A stretch of DNA of 64,000 bases. It comes from Candidatus Eiseniibacteriota bacterium (GTDB taxonomy: Bacteria > Eisenbacteria > RBG-16-71-46 > JAFGJU01). Positions 18,818 to 28,641 of this stretch are shown piece after piece. Both the position numbers and the translations under genes were made by a program. The notes under the pieces are model-generated. The model saw nothing but the letters and a program-made list of their open reading frames with translations. It ran no database searches and was not told where the DNA came from. Location: positions 7,172-71,171 of the forward strand of contig JAFGJU010000007.1 of NCBI GenBank assembly GCA_016928935.1. Direction: 5' to 3'. Every line of letters begins with the position of its first letter. The first letter of the stretch is position 1.

Positions 18818-20962
18818 CTAGGGAACACTCCGCACTTCCGAGTAGTATTCCATTCCTTCGGAGGTTCTCGCCCTGGCGAAGTACTTGAGCACCCCTCCTC
18901 CGGACAGGATGCTCTCGGGTATCACTGAGGCGTAGACGCCACGCGAGCCCGGCACGAGGACCATCGGTTGCCACCGCACCTGCGTCCCCCCGGACTTCTC
19001 CAGGTACAACGACACGTCCGACAGAATGGCCTCTCGCTTGTTCACAAGGGACGCGTACACCATAAGCTCGCCGCCGGGGGCGCGCGTCTCCAGGCAGTCG
19101 ATGACGACCGGCTCTCCACCGCCGAACTCCGCCCGGATGAAGTGCTTGCCTCCCGGTCTGACGTCTATGACGAACACGGAAGCGGAGTGCCCCTCCAGGC
19201 CGCCGACCTTGACACTGTGGAGGCCCGGCTTCGCGTCTATCTTGGCCGGGGTGGTCCCGACCCTCTTTGCGTCAAGGTACACTGGGGCGCCGCCGGCGTC
19301 CTCAAAACCCTCCTCCGTCATCACCCGGGAAGTCACCCGCACCTGGCCGGTAGTCGGCAGCTTACCGGCTTTCACATCAACTTCCGAGATTCCGCCGTAG
19401 GTGACCACCACTTCCTCCTGCCACGGACTGAAGCCCTCTCCCTCAACCTTGACTACGTGCAGACCCGCGGGGATGCTCTCCAGGAGACAGGGGGTGTACC
19501 CCTTTAGCTCATCGTCCAGATAGACGGACAGACCGCCCTTCGCGCCCGAGCTCACGGATATGCCGCCTATGAAGGCAACGTTCACGCTGGCCGTGTCGCC
19601 GGGCTGGAGCGACACGCTCCCCGCCCATTCACCCAGTTCGCCCAACCGCAGCTTCACTTCGTGCATTCCGGGTGAGATCGGCACTGTCGAGACCGGGGTG
19701 CGGGACGAGATGACTCTGTCGTCGATGACGACCTCCGCTCCCGACGGAACAGACCCCAGGACGAGCGTGCCCATGCCGGCATTCGCGGCCACGCCCTCCG
19801 GCTCCCCGTTCCGGCCACCGCCCAACGAGAATAAGCGCAGCGTCCTGCCCTGACCCGACCAAAGAGCGTACCCAGCCACGCAGACCGCAACTGCGGCGAT
19901 GACCACGCCAAGGCTGCGCACCGGCACGTTCAGCGTGTGCCTCCCTGCCGCGTCCGGCGCCGCCTCCATCGTCGCCGCCCCTTCCGTGGTTCCCCGTTCG
20001 TAAGGCTGCTGCTCGGCAGCGGCTACCGCGCTCTGCCGGCTCGCCCCCTCCCATACGTTGGCATCTTCTTCCGGCTGGGGCTCCTTCGTCCCCTGGGATG
20101 GCATTCCAGGCTCCACCGCCCCCTCGGGTCCCGCGAGCGACCCGGCGGCCCCGGTCGTCGGGCTCGTCTCCTGGCGCTCGCCCTCCTCACGTCCGTCTTC
20201 ACGCAACAGCTCTTCGGACAACAGGCCGCCGGCCCCCCTCTTGATGTCCTCCCTGAGCGTCGTATACCAGGTCACATCTGTCTCGCCGGCCGCGCTGCGC
20301 CCGCCGACCGCCGAGAGCGCCGCCTGCGACCCCACAACGACGAGTCCTCCACCCCCGCCCCCGAAGACGGCCTCGCAGCACTCCGAGGCACTGCCCTGCG
20401 CACACCTCACTGCCTGCCTCAAGCTCTCAACCCAAGCCTCCCCACCTTCGACCCCCGGCGTGGCCAGGACCAAGACCGCGTCGTCGGACACACCCCTCTT
20501 CACCATCTCCATGCTCACCTTGAGCGACGTACCCAACCCCGATTGGTCTTCCCCTCCCTCTTCGGTGGGCAGAAGACGCCGGACGCCCGCCGCAGTGACC
20601 GTGTAGGCGGCGCACTTGCCGGCCCCGGCCACCTCGATCACGTCCCCCACGACGCGGACGGCCGCCAGCGACACCTCCCCGATTCCCTGGGCGGGTCCCT
20701 GTTTCTCACCGAAGAGGCCCGCATGCACTGCCTGGAAGAACCGGACGAGCAAGTCCGGGCCCTGCCCCGCGTCTCCCTTCAACCGTGCCGCGGCAAAGCT
20801 CTCAGCTAGGAACCTTCTCAGCCAGGCCAAGCTTTCTTCGTCAAGCTCCCTGTGCGCGCAAGCCACAAAACCGCACGCGCCGCTCTCGTCAGCCAGAGCG
20901 AACGTGCCGGTCGTGTTCGAGAAACACGAGATGACCCTGGTTTCCAATGATCTCTGCCTCAC
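18818..20962 (-). CDS. membrane protein with an N-terminal degenerate PP2C/SpoIIE-like domain and C-terminal PEGA repeats
   Basis: The GTG start overlaps the upstream TPR stop as GTGA. The N-terminal ~230 aa resemble the PP2C fold but with degenerate motifs (ADESGA instead of DGMGG; VVGDVIEV; AVLVLATPG). A central TM helix is followed by three or more PEGA-like repeats (GMHEVKL, GLHVVKV, GLHSVKV). Confidence 0.55.
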   Translation of the reverse strand: MRQRSLETRVISCFSNTTGTFALADESGACGFVACAHRELDEESLAWLRRFLAESFAAARLKGDAGQGPDLLVRFFQAVHAGLFGEKQGPAQGIGEVSLAAVRVVGDVIEVAGAGKCAAYTVTAAGVRRLLPTEEGGEDQSGLGTSLKVSMEMVKRGVSDDAVLVLATPGVEGGEAWVESLRQAVRCAQGSASECCEAVFGGGGGGLVVVGSQAALSAVGGRSAAGETDVTWYTTLREDIKRGAGGLLSEELLREDGREEGERQETSPTTGAAGSLAGPEGAVEPGMPSQGTKEPQPEEDANVWEGASRQSAVAAAEQQPYERGTTEGAATMEAAPDAAGRHTLNVPVRSLGVVIAAVAVCVAGYALWSGQGRTLRLFSLGGGRNGEPEGVAANAGMGTLVLGSVPSGAEVVIDDRVISSRTPVSTVPISPGMHEVKLRLGELGEWAGSVSLQPGDTASVNVAFIGGISVSSGAKGGLSVYLDDELKGYTPCLLESIPAGLHVVKVEGEGFSPWQEEVVVTYGGISEVDVKAGKLPTTGQVRVTSRVMTEEGFEDAGGAPVYLDAKRVGTTPAKIDAKPGLHSVKVGGLEGHSASVFVIDVRPGGKHFIRAEFGGGEPVVIDCLETRAPGGELMVYASLVNKREAILSDVSLYLEKSGGTQVRWQPMVLVPGSRGVYASVIPESILSGGGVLKYFARARTSEGMEYYSEVRSVP

Positions 20963-22302
20963 TCCGTCATGTTCTTCCTGACGTCCTGCATCTCCGCGTC
21001 CTCCTGGGCCCTGTCCATGTACGCCTTCCAGGCGCGACGCGCCTTTTCCTTCTGACCCTTCGCCTGATACGCAAGCCCGAGCTGATAGTAGGCGGGTGCA
21101 TAGCCCGGGTTGAGCGAGACGGCCTTGTCAAAGCACTCGACCGCCTTGTCCAGGGCTCCCTTCTCCCTCAGTATGATGCCCATATTGACCAGAATGTCCG
21201 ACGAACACAGCCCTCCTGCCACGACCTTGCGGTACTCGTCCAGGGCCGCGTCCAGGTCCCCTTTCTTGAACAGCGCGAATGCCAGGCTGTTCCTGGCGAC
21301 GAGATAGCCCGGGTTCACCTTCAGGGCCACCCGCAGCTCCTCGAGCGCCTCGTCCTGTCTACCCATCTCGAGATAGAGCAGACTCAGGTTGTACCGCACG
21401 TCGGGGTACCCCGGCTTGAGAGCCCTGGCCGCCTCGAACTGCTCCGCAGCCTCCTGGGCCATGCCTCTCGCCGAATACTCGAAACCCAGCGACACGCACG
21501 CCTTCACCGAGTCCGGCTCGGCCTCCACGGCCTTCCGTAGGTGCGCCAGAGACTCGTCCTCCTTGTCCTGGGCCGACTCTATCAGGGCCAGGTTCCCGTA
21601 GTAGTTTGCCAGACTCGGCATGGCCCGCAGGCTCAACCTGTACTCACCCTCGGCCTGAGCGAAGAGTCCGTTGGCCGCGTAGGCGTGCCCCATCTGGTCG
21701 TGAAGCTCATGCAGGAACGGGTTGAACTCGTGGCCGCCGATGTACTCCCGGAAAGCCTCAGTGCACAGCCTGCCGTCCTGAATGAGCCCGAACTCAGCGA
21801 ACACCTCGCCGTAAGGCGGACACAATCTCACCGCTTCAGCCAGTCTCGCCATTGCCGCGTCCCTGTCGCCCAGAAGGAAGTACGCAATACCGAGGTTGTG
21901 AGGGAAAAGCGCGCTCCGCGGGCTCGCGGCTGCACCGTCCCTCAGGTGGGCCGCCGCTTCATCGTATTTCTTTTCCTTCATCCTGAGGCAGGCCAGAGCT
22001 CCCAAGGCCTGCGGCCTCGTGTCCTCTCCGAGCGCCTCCACAAACAGGGACTCGGCCTCAACACCCCTTCCCAGCTCGGCGAGGGCATATCCGAGGTTGA
22101 ACCTGGCGACGGAGTATGTCCGGTTTATGCGCACGGCCGTTTCGAAACAAACCCTCGCAGCGTCGAACTTGCCCTGCTTGAATCGGATCAGGCCAAGGCG
22201 GTTGTGGAGGTCGGGAAAACGCGGGTGCATCTCCAGTTCCTCGGTAATGACCCGCTCGACCTCGTTCATGATGTCAAGCACTACGCGGAGCCCGCCTGGC
22301 AT
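20959..22302 (-). CDS. TPR repeat protein
   Basis: Multiple TPR repeats. The ATG at 22302 overlaps the upstream stop as TGATG, suggesting translational coupling. The track start at 22332 is 10 codons upstream. Confidence 0.75.
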   Translation of the reverse strand: MPGGLRVVLDIMNEVERVITEELEMHPRFPDLHNRLGLIRFKQGKFDAARVCFETAVRINRTYSVARFNLGYALAELGRGVEAESLFVEALGEDTRPQALGALACLRMKEKKYDEAAAHLRDGAAASPRSALFPHNLGIAYFLLGDRDAAMARLAEAVRLCPPYGEVFAEFGLIQDGRLCTEAFREYIGGHEFNPFLHELHDQMGHAYAANGLFAQAEGEYRLSLRAMPSLANYYGNLALIESAQDKEDESLAHLRKAVEAEPDSVKACVSLGFEYSARGMAQEAAEQFEAARALKPGYPDVRYNLSLLYLEMGRQDEALEELRVALKVNPGYLVARNSLAFALFKKGDLDAALDEYRKVVAGGLCSSDILVNMGIILREKGALDKAVECFDKAVSLNPGYAPAYYQLGLAYQAKGQKEKARRAWKAYMDRAQEDAEMQDVRKNMTE

Positions 22303-22685
22303 CACGTCAACGTCGTGACTCTTCTTGTCCATTTGCCGCTCTTCTTCTCAAAATTGCTCAGCCTGAATATGACGTCCTTCACCCCGCTGATCGAACGGAT
22401 GTCCTTCTCCAGCCTGTGTACCACCCTCACCAGATCCTCCTCTTCCTCCAACTCGTCACAGATCCTCCTCCGGTATGTCTGCCGGAACATCCCCTTGAGA
22501 TACACGACACCGTTGGACGTCCCGAAGTCCATCCTTGAGGTGTCTATCCACCGCCTCACAAGGACGCTCCTCACGAACGCGTTGATTCTGTAATCTTCAA
22601 CCGACACCAGGTCCTCCGGAGTCGCTGCCGCCGTAGCGCCGCCACCTCGCGGGTGTCCGAGCAAGAGCGAGACCATCCAATACAT
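22302..22685 (-). CDS. small hypothetical protein, possibly with a BON-like domain
   Basis: 127-aa ORF whose stop overlaps the TPR start (TGATG). DFGTSNGVVYLKGMF...ISGVKDVIFRL resembles the BON-domain pattern. This is a weak call. Confidence 0.35.
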   Translation of the reverse strand: MYWMVSLLLGHPRGGGATAAATPEDLVSVEDYRINAFVRSVLVRRWIDTSRMDFGTSNGVVYLKGMFRQTYRRRICDELEEEEDLVRVVHRLEKDIRSISGVKDVIFRLSNFEKKSGKWTRRVTTLT

Positions 22686-23150
22686 ATTTTCGGCCGCAAC
22701 ATACTACAGCACCAGTTGGTTGTCAACTGCCCCCGGCGCCTTGCGCGACACGGGCCTGGGAGTGTCCGGATGGCGCCGAGAGTGTCGCATGGGGGAGGGT
22801 TCAACAGAAGTGCTGGTATATCATATTGTCATATAGTAGGTTAACTCTTGAGCGCTTTCTCCTAACATGGGGCCGATTGGCGTCCGATATCCCAAATGAC
22901 GCAAGGTCTGCTGCAGGCGCTCGCGCGAGACGGATTTCACACCGGCCGTGGACGCAATTCTGGCTGCGAAGCAAAGGGGCGGACCCTGCACGCCGTACCG
23001 GTGTATTACTGGTAACTGATGATGTGGCAACCTATTGCTCCCCTCATTAGGGTCCTGACAGGCTCCGCTTGAGCGCCCGGGGCAGGACGAAAAAAAGCTT
23101 GCACGCCGGAGAGGGGTCTAGTATCATGCCGTTCATTCGGCGGCTTCAAC

Positions 23151-24857
23151 TTGGGAGGTCTGACCCTCTTGGTTTCCTACTGTTCGCTGCTTCGGTGTAC
23201 TGCATGGACGGCCTTGGCCTCTTGCATACTACTGGCTGGGGTCGCCGCGGCCGCCCCACAACAGATGGGGCATTCCCATAGAAGTCGTGCACTTCAGAAG
23301 ACCAACGCCCTCTACGATTCCGGCCTGAGGTTGCTCGCGCAGGGCGAATATGAGAAGGCATCTGACAGCTTTCACTCTGCCCTGCTGGAGGCGCGGGAGC
23401 TCCTGGCTGAAGGTCACCTTGACGCCGACGAGGCCCGGGCCATGAAGACGCTGTCAGAAAAGGCCGAGCACTTGTCATCACGCGCCTTGCACCGGAAGCT
23501 GTTCCTGGACTACACAGGGCCGTCGTCGGCCGCCCAGGTAACGACTGACGAGTCGTCGTACGCCGGCTACGATTCCCTGACGGTTCCTGACATGCTCCCT
23601 TCCGTCCGACCCGAGATGAACGCCAAGGTCAAGAAATGGATAGAGTTCTACGGCCGTGACGGCGGCAAGCTCTTCGTGAATTGGTTGAAGAGGTCGGCCC
23701 AGTACATGGGGCTCGTGAAGGGCATACTCAGGCAGGAGGGTGTTCCGGAGGAACTGGCCTACCTGATTCTCGTCGAAAGCGGCTTCAACTTGCAGGCCAG
23801 GAGCTGGGCTCACGCAGTCGGTCCGTGGCAGTTTATCCTTGGCACGGCTCGGCTGTTCGGTCTCAAGGTGGACCCGTGGCTGGACGAACGGTGCGACCCC
23901 GAGAGGTCCACCGTGGCGGCGGCCAGGTACCTCAAACACCTTTACTCGTTGTTCGATTCCTGGCCCCTGGCAATAGCCGCCTACAACAGCGGCGAGGGCA
24001 CCATAACCAGGGCGTTGGCGCGCCAGAAGACAGACAACTTCTGGTCTCTGAGGCTGCCCAGGCAGACCGAGGAATACGTGCCGCAGTTCATGGCGGCCCT
24101 CCACATGGCGAACGACCCGACTAGGTACGGGCTCACCCAGGAGGTGCCGGCCGCTCTGCCCTACGACGAGGTCATTGTGGACGGGCCCGTGGACCTCAAG
24201 ACCATATGCAAGGCTTGCGAGATCCCCCTGGACACGGTGAAGCTCCTGAACCCGTCATTCAGGAAGAACAGGAGTCCGGCGCGGAGCGGGGGCATCAGAG
24301 TGAGAGTACCGCAATCGAAGACCCAGGAATACGTCGCTGTGCTGGCCCAGCAGGGCATAGAGGCGACACTCAGGCCGACGTCCCAAGCGCCCGCGCGCAC
24401 ACCAGACTACCTGCGCTCGGTCGGCACGTCGGGACGACCGGACAACGCCTCTGCTACCCAGACAGCCGCGAAGACTGTCACTCCCGCCGTATCGTCCACC
24501 GCAGAGGAGGAGCTCTACCTAACCTACAAGGTTCGAAAGGGCGACTCTGTGTACAGGATCGCCAGGAATTTCGACGTGAGCATCGAAGACATCAAGGAGC
24601 ATAACGACATAGGCAGGGTAATCAGGCCGGGACAGAAACTGCTCATACCCAGAGACGCCGTCAAGCTGGCGGCGGCCCCTTCGCCGAGAGAGGTCAGCCG
24701 CTCCAGCAAACTCGAACACGTCGTGCGCCGCGGCGACACACTGTACGGCATTGCCAGGGCCTACGGTGTGAGAGTGGACGAGATCGTGAAGTGGAACGGC
24801 CTCAGGTCGGCTCGCGTCATACGGCCGGGTCAAAGACTCGTGCTTTTTCCCGACTAG
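23151..24857 (+). CDS. membrane-bound lytic murein transglycosylase (SLT domain + 2 LysM), MltD-like
   Basis: SLT catalytic region (LILVESGFNLQARSWAHAVGPWQF, AAYNSGEG) and two C-terminal LysM domains (YKVRKGDSVYRIARNF, HVVRRGDTLYGIARAY). The signal peptide and exact start are uncertain (TTG at 23151). Confidence 0.85.
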   Translation: MGGLTLLVSYCSLLRCTAWTALASCILLAGVAAAAPQQMGHSHRSRALQKTNALYDSGLRLLAQGEYEKASDSFHSALLEARELLAEGHLDADEARAMKTLSEKAEHLSSRALHRKLFLDYTGPSSAAQVTTDESSYAGYDSLTVPDMLPSVRPEMNAKVKKWIEFYGRDGGKLFVNWLKRSAQYMGLVKGILRQEGVPEELAYLILVESGFNLQARSWAHAVGPWQFILGTARLFGLKVDPWLDERCDPERSTVAAARYLKHLYSLFDSWPLAIAAYNSGEGTITRALARQKTDNFWSLRLPRQTEEYVPQFMAALHMANDPTRYGLTQEVPAALPYDEVIVDGPVDLKTICKACEIPLDTVKLLNPSFRKNRSPARSGGIRVRVPQSKTQEYVAVLAQQGIEATLRPTSQAPARTPDYLRSVGTSGRPDNASATQTAAKTVTPAVSSTAEEELYLTYKVRKGDSVYRIARNFDVSIEDIKEHNDIGRVIRPGQKLLIPRDAVKLAAAPSPREVSRSSKLEHVVRRGDTLYGIARAYGVRVDEIVKWNGLRSARVIRPGQRLVLFPD

Positions 24858-24905
24858 AGCCCGGAATAGCCTGTCGACTCGACCCGGGCTAACCGCCTAC
24901 AGCCC

Positions 24906-26012
24906 CTAGAACCTTGCGCTGGCCGACACCCTGTGGGAGTTATCCAGGTCGTTGTGGCTCAAGAATGCGTAGTCAAACCCAAACCGGGAGAACCTGGCTC
25001 CGGCCCCTGCCGTGAACCGGCCCGCGTCCAATCCCGTGCGAAGGGCCACCGTCCGCTTCACCCAGTATTCCAGCCCAGCTCTCAGGTCGGCAGTGAACGG
25101 GCCCGCCCAGAACTGGCTCGCCAGACGCCTCTTCTCAAAACCCACGTCCAGGTCCAGGCATCCTGTAACGACGCCGTCCAGAGGCCCCAGGCTGCGAGTG
25201 TACTGGCCGCCCAGGCGAAGAGTGGGGGCCACGAACTCGTGGTGCCCAGTGTCCCACACGAGCTGAGTGGTCGTGGCGTCGCAAAGCACAGCTCCCAGTG
25301 AGGCGGACTTGTTGACGGAGTAGATGACTCCCAGGTCCACTCCCGCGCCCAGGCTGCTGTTGTCCATCAGCTCCTGCCTCACCAACTTGAAGGTCCCGCC
25401 TATGCGGAACCGTTCGTTCAATTGGGTGGCGTAGGAAAGGAACAGCGCCATGTCGGCGTTGTTCTTCCAGACTATCTTACCCTCGTCCAGCAGTATCCTC
25501 TCGCCGGGGTCCCATTCCCCGTTTCCCTCGCCCGTGTCGTACGTGCTCTGCACGCCGTCCAGGCCGAAGTCCTCCCACTCCAGGTCCTTCGTGTAAGGGA
25601 TGTCGTCCACCGCCAACCTCACGAGCGCCACTCCGATCGCGGACTTCCTTTCGTCGAGTGACGACGACGGGAAACCGGCCGCCAGGAAGTCGTAGTTCAC
25701 TATGTCCCCGAACTGCTCCGCATGCATGGCCTCGACTTGAGTGTCCACGAGCGACACCAGCCCGGCGGGATTCCAGTATACGGAGCTCGCGTCGTCGGCC
25801 AGCGCGACAAAGGCTCCGCCCATGCCCAACGCTCTCGCTCCGGCGCCGACTTTCAAGAACTCCGCGGCGTACTTGTCAGCGCCTGCGCTCGGCGCCAGGC
25901 CGCAAGACAAAGCCAGGACCGCACACACCGAGACTCCCCTGATGAGGAAGCTTCTGCTCACTAGTCTGTCCTCCTGTTGGCAGGTCGCGCTTTCCGAGCT
26001 TGAGTCACCCAT
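24906..26012 (-). CDS. outer-membrane beta-barrel protein, PorV/PorQ-like family
   Basis: Signal peptide, then FLKVGAGARALGMGGAFVALADDASSVYWNPAGL typical of PorV/PorQ-like barrels. Alternating beta-strand pattern and a C-terminal aromatic residue (ARF). Confidence 0.5.
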   Translation of the reverse strand: MGDSSSESATCQQEDRLVSRSFLIRGVSVCAVLALSCGLAPSAGADKYAAEFLKVGAGARALGMGGAFVALADDASSVYWNPAGLVSLVDTQVEAMHAEQFGDIVNYDFLAAGFPSSSLDERKSAIGVALVRLAVDDIPYTKDLEWEDFGLDGVQSTYDTGEGNGEWDPGERILLDEGKIVWKNNADMALFLSYATQLNERFRIGGTFKLVRQELMDNSSLGAGVDLGVIYSVNKSASLGAVLCDATTTQLVWDTGHHEFVAPTLRLGGQYTRSLGPLDGVVTGCLDLDVGFEKRRLASQFWAGPFTADLRAGLEYWVKRTVALRTGLDAGRFTAGAGARFSRFGFDYAFLSHNDLDNSHRVSASARF

Positions 26013-26406
26013 TGCCGCCCAATCGCGCCAGCAGCCGCCATATTACGTACTCCCTTATCAGCTCTTTCTCGTTTTCGTCCATACCGGTAAAGCAGCACGC
26101 TATGCGATACCTGGCCACCTTCCTGCCCTGTCTTTCCGGCAGTGTTCGGACAACCACTCCCTCGGCCATTATCTCGCGGGGCCTCGTGAGCCTCTCCCCG
26201 AACGCCGGCAGCAGAAGGCTTATGCCGACCTTGGTGAGCGGTGCCAGGTACTTCTCTACGTCACAATACACCCCACCCTCGCTTAAGTTCGCGCTCTGGC
26301 CGGGTATCGAAGCGCCGCGAGGCTCCTCCTCGCGCTCTTCAAGCCGCACAGGCACTCTGACCTCAACTCGATGGCTCTTTCTTCTCTCTTCCATGGGTTT
26401 GGTCAT
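26005..26406 (-). CDS. PilZ domain protein (c-di-GMP-binding candidate)
   Basis: RKSHRVEVRVPV (RxxxR) and NLSEGGVY (DxSxxG) PilZ motifs. Start taken at ATG 26406 (MTKPMEE); the track start at 26463 is 19 codons upstream. Confidence 0.65.
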   Translation of the reverse strand: MTKPMEERRKSHRVEVRVPVRLEEREEEPRGASIPGQSANLSEGGVYCDVEKYLAPLTKVGISLLLPAFGERLTRPREIMAEGVVVRTLPERQGRKVARYRIACCFTGMDENEKELIREYVIWRLLARLGGNG

Positions 26407-26452
26407 CTGCACCGCCTTTCGGTTCGAGCGCCGGCCAGCATGCACGGCGTGA

Positions 26453-28372
26453 CTACCGCACAAGGACCAGGTCCATTGTGCGCGCCAGCGGGTCCACCCT
26501 CGCGACTTTCACGCGCACGACCTGCCCCAGCGTGTAACGTCTGCCTTTTCTCCTTCCTACTAGAGAAAACCCGTCTTCGTCAAGATGGTAGAAGTCGTCC
26601 CGCAGGGACTCCCTGGTCACCATTCCCTCCACCCAGTGCCCCGAGACTTCCACGAAGAACCCCGAATTTACCACACCCACCACCAAACCTTCAAACACTT
26701 CTCCGAGGAAACGCTGCATGTAGCGAAGTGCCTTCATGTTGACCGCCTCGCGCTCAGCCTGGTCCGCCCTGATTTCCCTTTCAGTGCAGACCTCCGCAGC
26801 CACTGGCAGCTTTGCCTCCAGAGCTGCCGGAAGGCTCTTGGCCTTCCTGACTAGGCAGCGCTTGACCACCCTGTGGTTCAGGAGGTCAGCATATCTCCTT
26901 ATGGGAGAAGTGAAGTGACAGTATCCCTCCAAGCCAAGCCCGTAGTGGCCGATGTCGGTCACGTCGTAGCGGGCCTTCTCCATGGCGCGCACATACAGGT
27001 AGTTGAGCAGGCGCCTCCTGGCCGCTCCGTGCGACCCGCCGTCGACCGAAGGCCTGAGTCTCCTGAACTCCCCTCGGGGCATCTTCAGGTCCGCAGCGCC
27101 GACTGTCTTGGCCGCACGCAGGAACTCCTCTATCTTCTCCTTCTTGGCCCTGGGATGGACCCTGAAAATGAGCGGCACGCCCGCGGCGGCGGCGTGTCGG
27201 CCCACCTCAGCGTTGGCCAGAATCATCAGCTCCTCTATCAGCGAATGGGACGCCAGCTTGCCCTCGAAGAAGACTCTCTGGGGCACTCCCCTGTCGGTAA
27301 GCTCGACCCTGAGCTCCGGCACCTCCACCTCGACTGCGTTTCGCATGAGCCTCTGCTCGTTCAGTGCGGTGGCCAGAGCACTCAGCGTCTTGAGGTCCCG
27401 TTCGACTGCCCCGCCGGCTCCCCCCCTTCCGTCCAGCACGTCCTGGACCTCCTCGTACGTGAACCGCCTGGAGCTCGTAATCCGCGTCTCCATGAACCTG
27501 GTGCGCGTGACCCGCCCGTCGACGGTCAGCTCAATTAGGACGCTCATGCACAGCTTCGGCGTGCCCGGGACAAGGCTGCAAACACTGCTTGAGAGTCTCT
27601 CCGGAAGCATCGGGAACACGGCGTCGGGCAGGTAGACGCTGTTGCCGCGTTCCATGGCCTCCGTGTCCAGAGCGCCGCCCTCTCTAACCAAAGACGACAC
27701 ATCGGCTATGTGCACGCCCACCTCGAGCGACGCGCGTGACAACTGCTTGACTGACACCGCATCGTCGAAGTCGTGGGCGCGCGCCGGGTCAACGGTGAAG
27801 ATCGTATGGTCACGGAGCTCGGGCCGGGCGCCCTCCTCCTGAGAAACCTGCTCGGCCTCCTCCAGAGCCAGCTCGCCGAAGTCCGTCGGGATCGCCAGTT
27901 CGCACGCCACGATCTCGCTGTCCAGCGTGGCGTCCTCGGAGTCTCCCAGCACCCGCACTACCCTGCACCTGTTCAGCTCGCCTGGCTGCCTTGCCTCCGG
28001 CGACGCCAGGACCCTGTCTCCGTCGTCAAACCCCCCTCCCTTGCCCGGCGAGATGGGCATGACCGCCGGGAATCTCGGGTTGTCCGGCACCAACGCGTAT
28101 CCGGTCTTGACCCTGGCCACCCTGCCGGTGATTTCCCTGTACGGACGGTGCAATACGCGCGACACCCTGCCCTCCAGGAGCCCCGACCTGGCACTGCGCC
28201 TGACCTCCACCTCCACCTCGTCCCCATCCAGCGCACCGGCCAGGTGTCTGGACGGCACGTAGACGTCGTCGTGGCCTCCGTCCACGACCACAAACGCGAA
28301 TCGGCTGTCGGGTCTCTGCAATCGGCCCACGGTCTTCCAAGTCCTGGTGCGCGCTCTGTTCTTCCTGGGCAA
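26453..28372 (-). CDS. rnr: ribonuclease R (RNB family 3'-5' exoribonuclease with S1 domain)
   Basis: Cold-shock-like N-terminus (DSRFAFVVVDGGHDDVYVP), an RNB catalytic region and a C-terminal S1 domain (GLVVGVVNSGFFVEV). TTG start with GGGAGG SD. Confidence 0.9.
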   Translation of the reverse strand: MPRKNRARTRTWKTVGRLQRPDSRFAFVVVDGGHDDVYVPSRHLAGALDGDEVEVEVRRSARSGLLEGRVSRVLHRPYREITGRVARVKTGYALVPDNPRFPAVMPISPGKGGGFDDGDRVLASPEARQPGELNRCRVVRVLGDSEDATLDSEIVACELAIPTDFGELALEEAEQVSQEEGARPELRDHTIFTVDPARAHDFDDAVSVKQLSRASLEVGVHIADVSSLVREGGALDTEAMERGNSVYLPDAVFPMLPERLSSSVCSLVPGTPKLCMSVLIELTVDGRVTRTRFMETRITSSRRFTYEEVQDVLDGRGGAGGAVERDLKTLSALATALNEQRLMRNAVEVEVPELRVELTDRGVPQRVFFEGKLASHSLIEELMILANAEVGRHAAAAGVPLIFRVHPRAKKEKIEEFLRAAKTVGAADLKMPRGEFRRLRPSVDGGSHGAARRRLLNYLYVRAMEKARYDVTDIGHYGLGLEGYCHFTSPIRRYADLLNHRVVKRCLVRKAKSLPAALEAKLPVAAEVCTEREIRADQAEREAVNMKALRYMQRFLGEVFEGLVVGVVNSGFFVEVSGHWVEGMVTRESLRDDFYHLDEDGFSLVGRRKGRRYTLGQVVRVKVARVDPLARTMDLVLVR

Positions 28373-28641
28373 CTCCCCGCCTCCCGTCGGTGGCCCCGCG
28401 ACCTCAACAGAAACGCCGGAGCGGGCCCATTACGAAGGGCCCCACTCTCCGGCGCGATCACTCATCGGACTTTCATCAACAGATTCGGACTCGAGCCAAG
28501 ACGGCCACCGGGCTACCTCTGTCTCTTCTTGTGGCGGTCCCTGCGGAGTCTCTTCTTCCTCTTGTGCGTTGCGATCTTCTTTCTCTTGCGCTTTCTCCCA
28601 CAGCCCATTAACGCTACCTCCGTCTCCCGCAGCAGTACGCT

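Noticed and set aside
23069-23281. Alternative-frame ATG ORF (MDGLGLL...) at the start of the lytic transglycosylase
   Set aside because: It is out of frame with the SLT/LysM-encoding frame, which is continuous from 23151, and the 70-aa product has no features.
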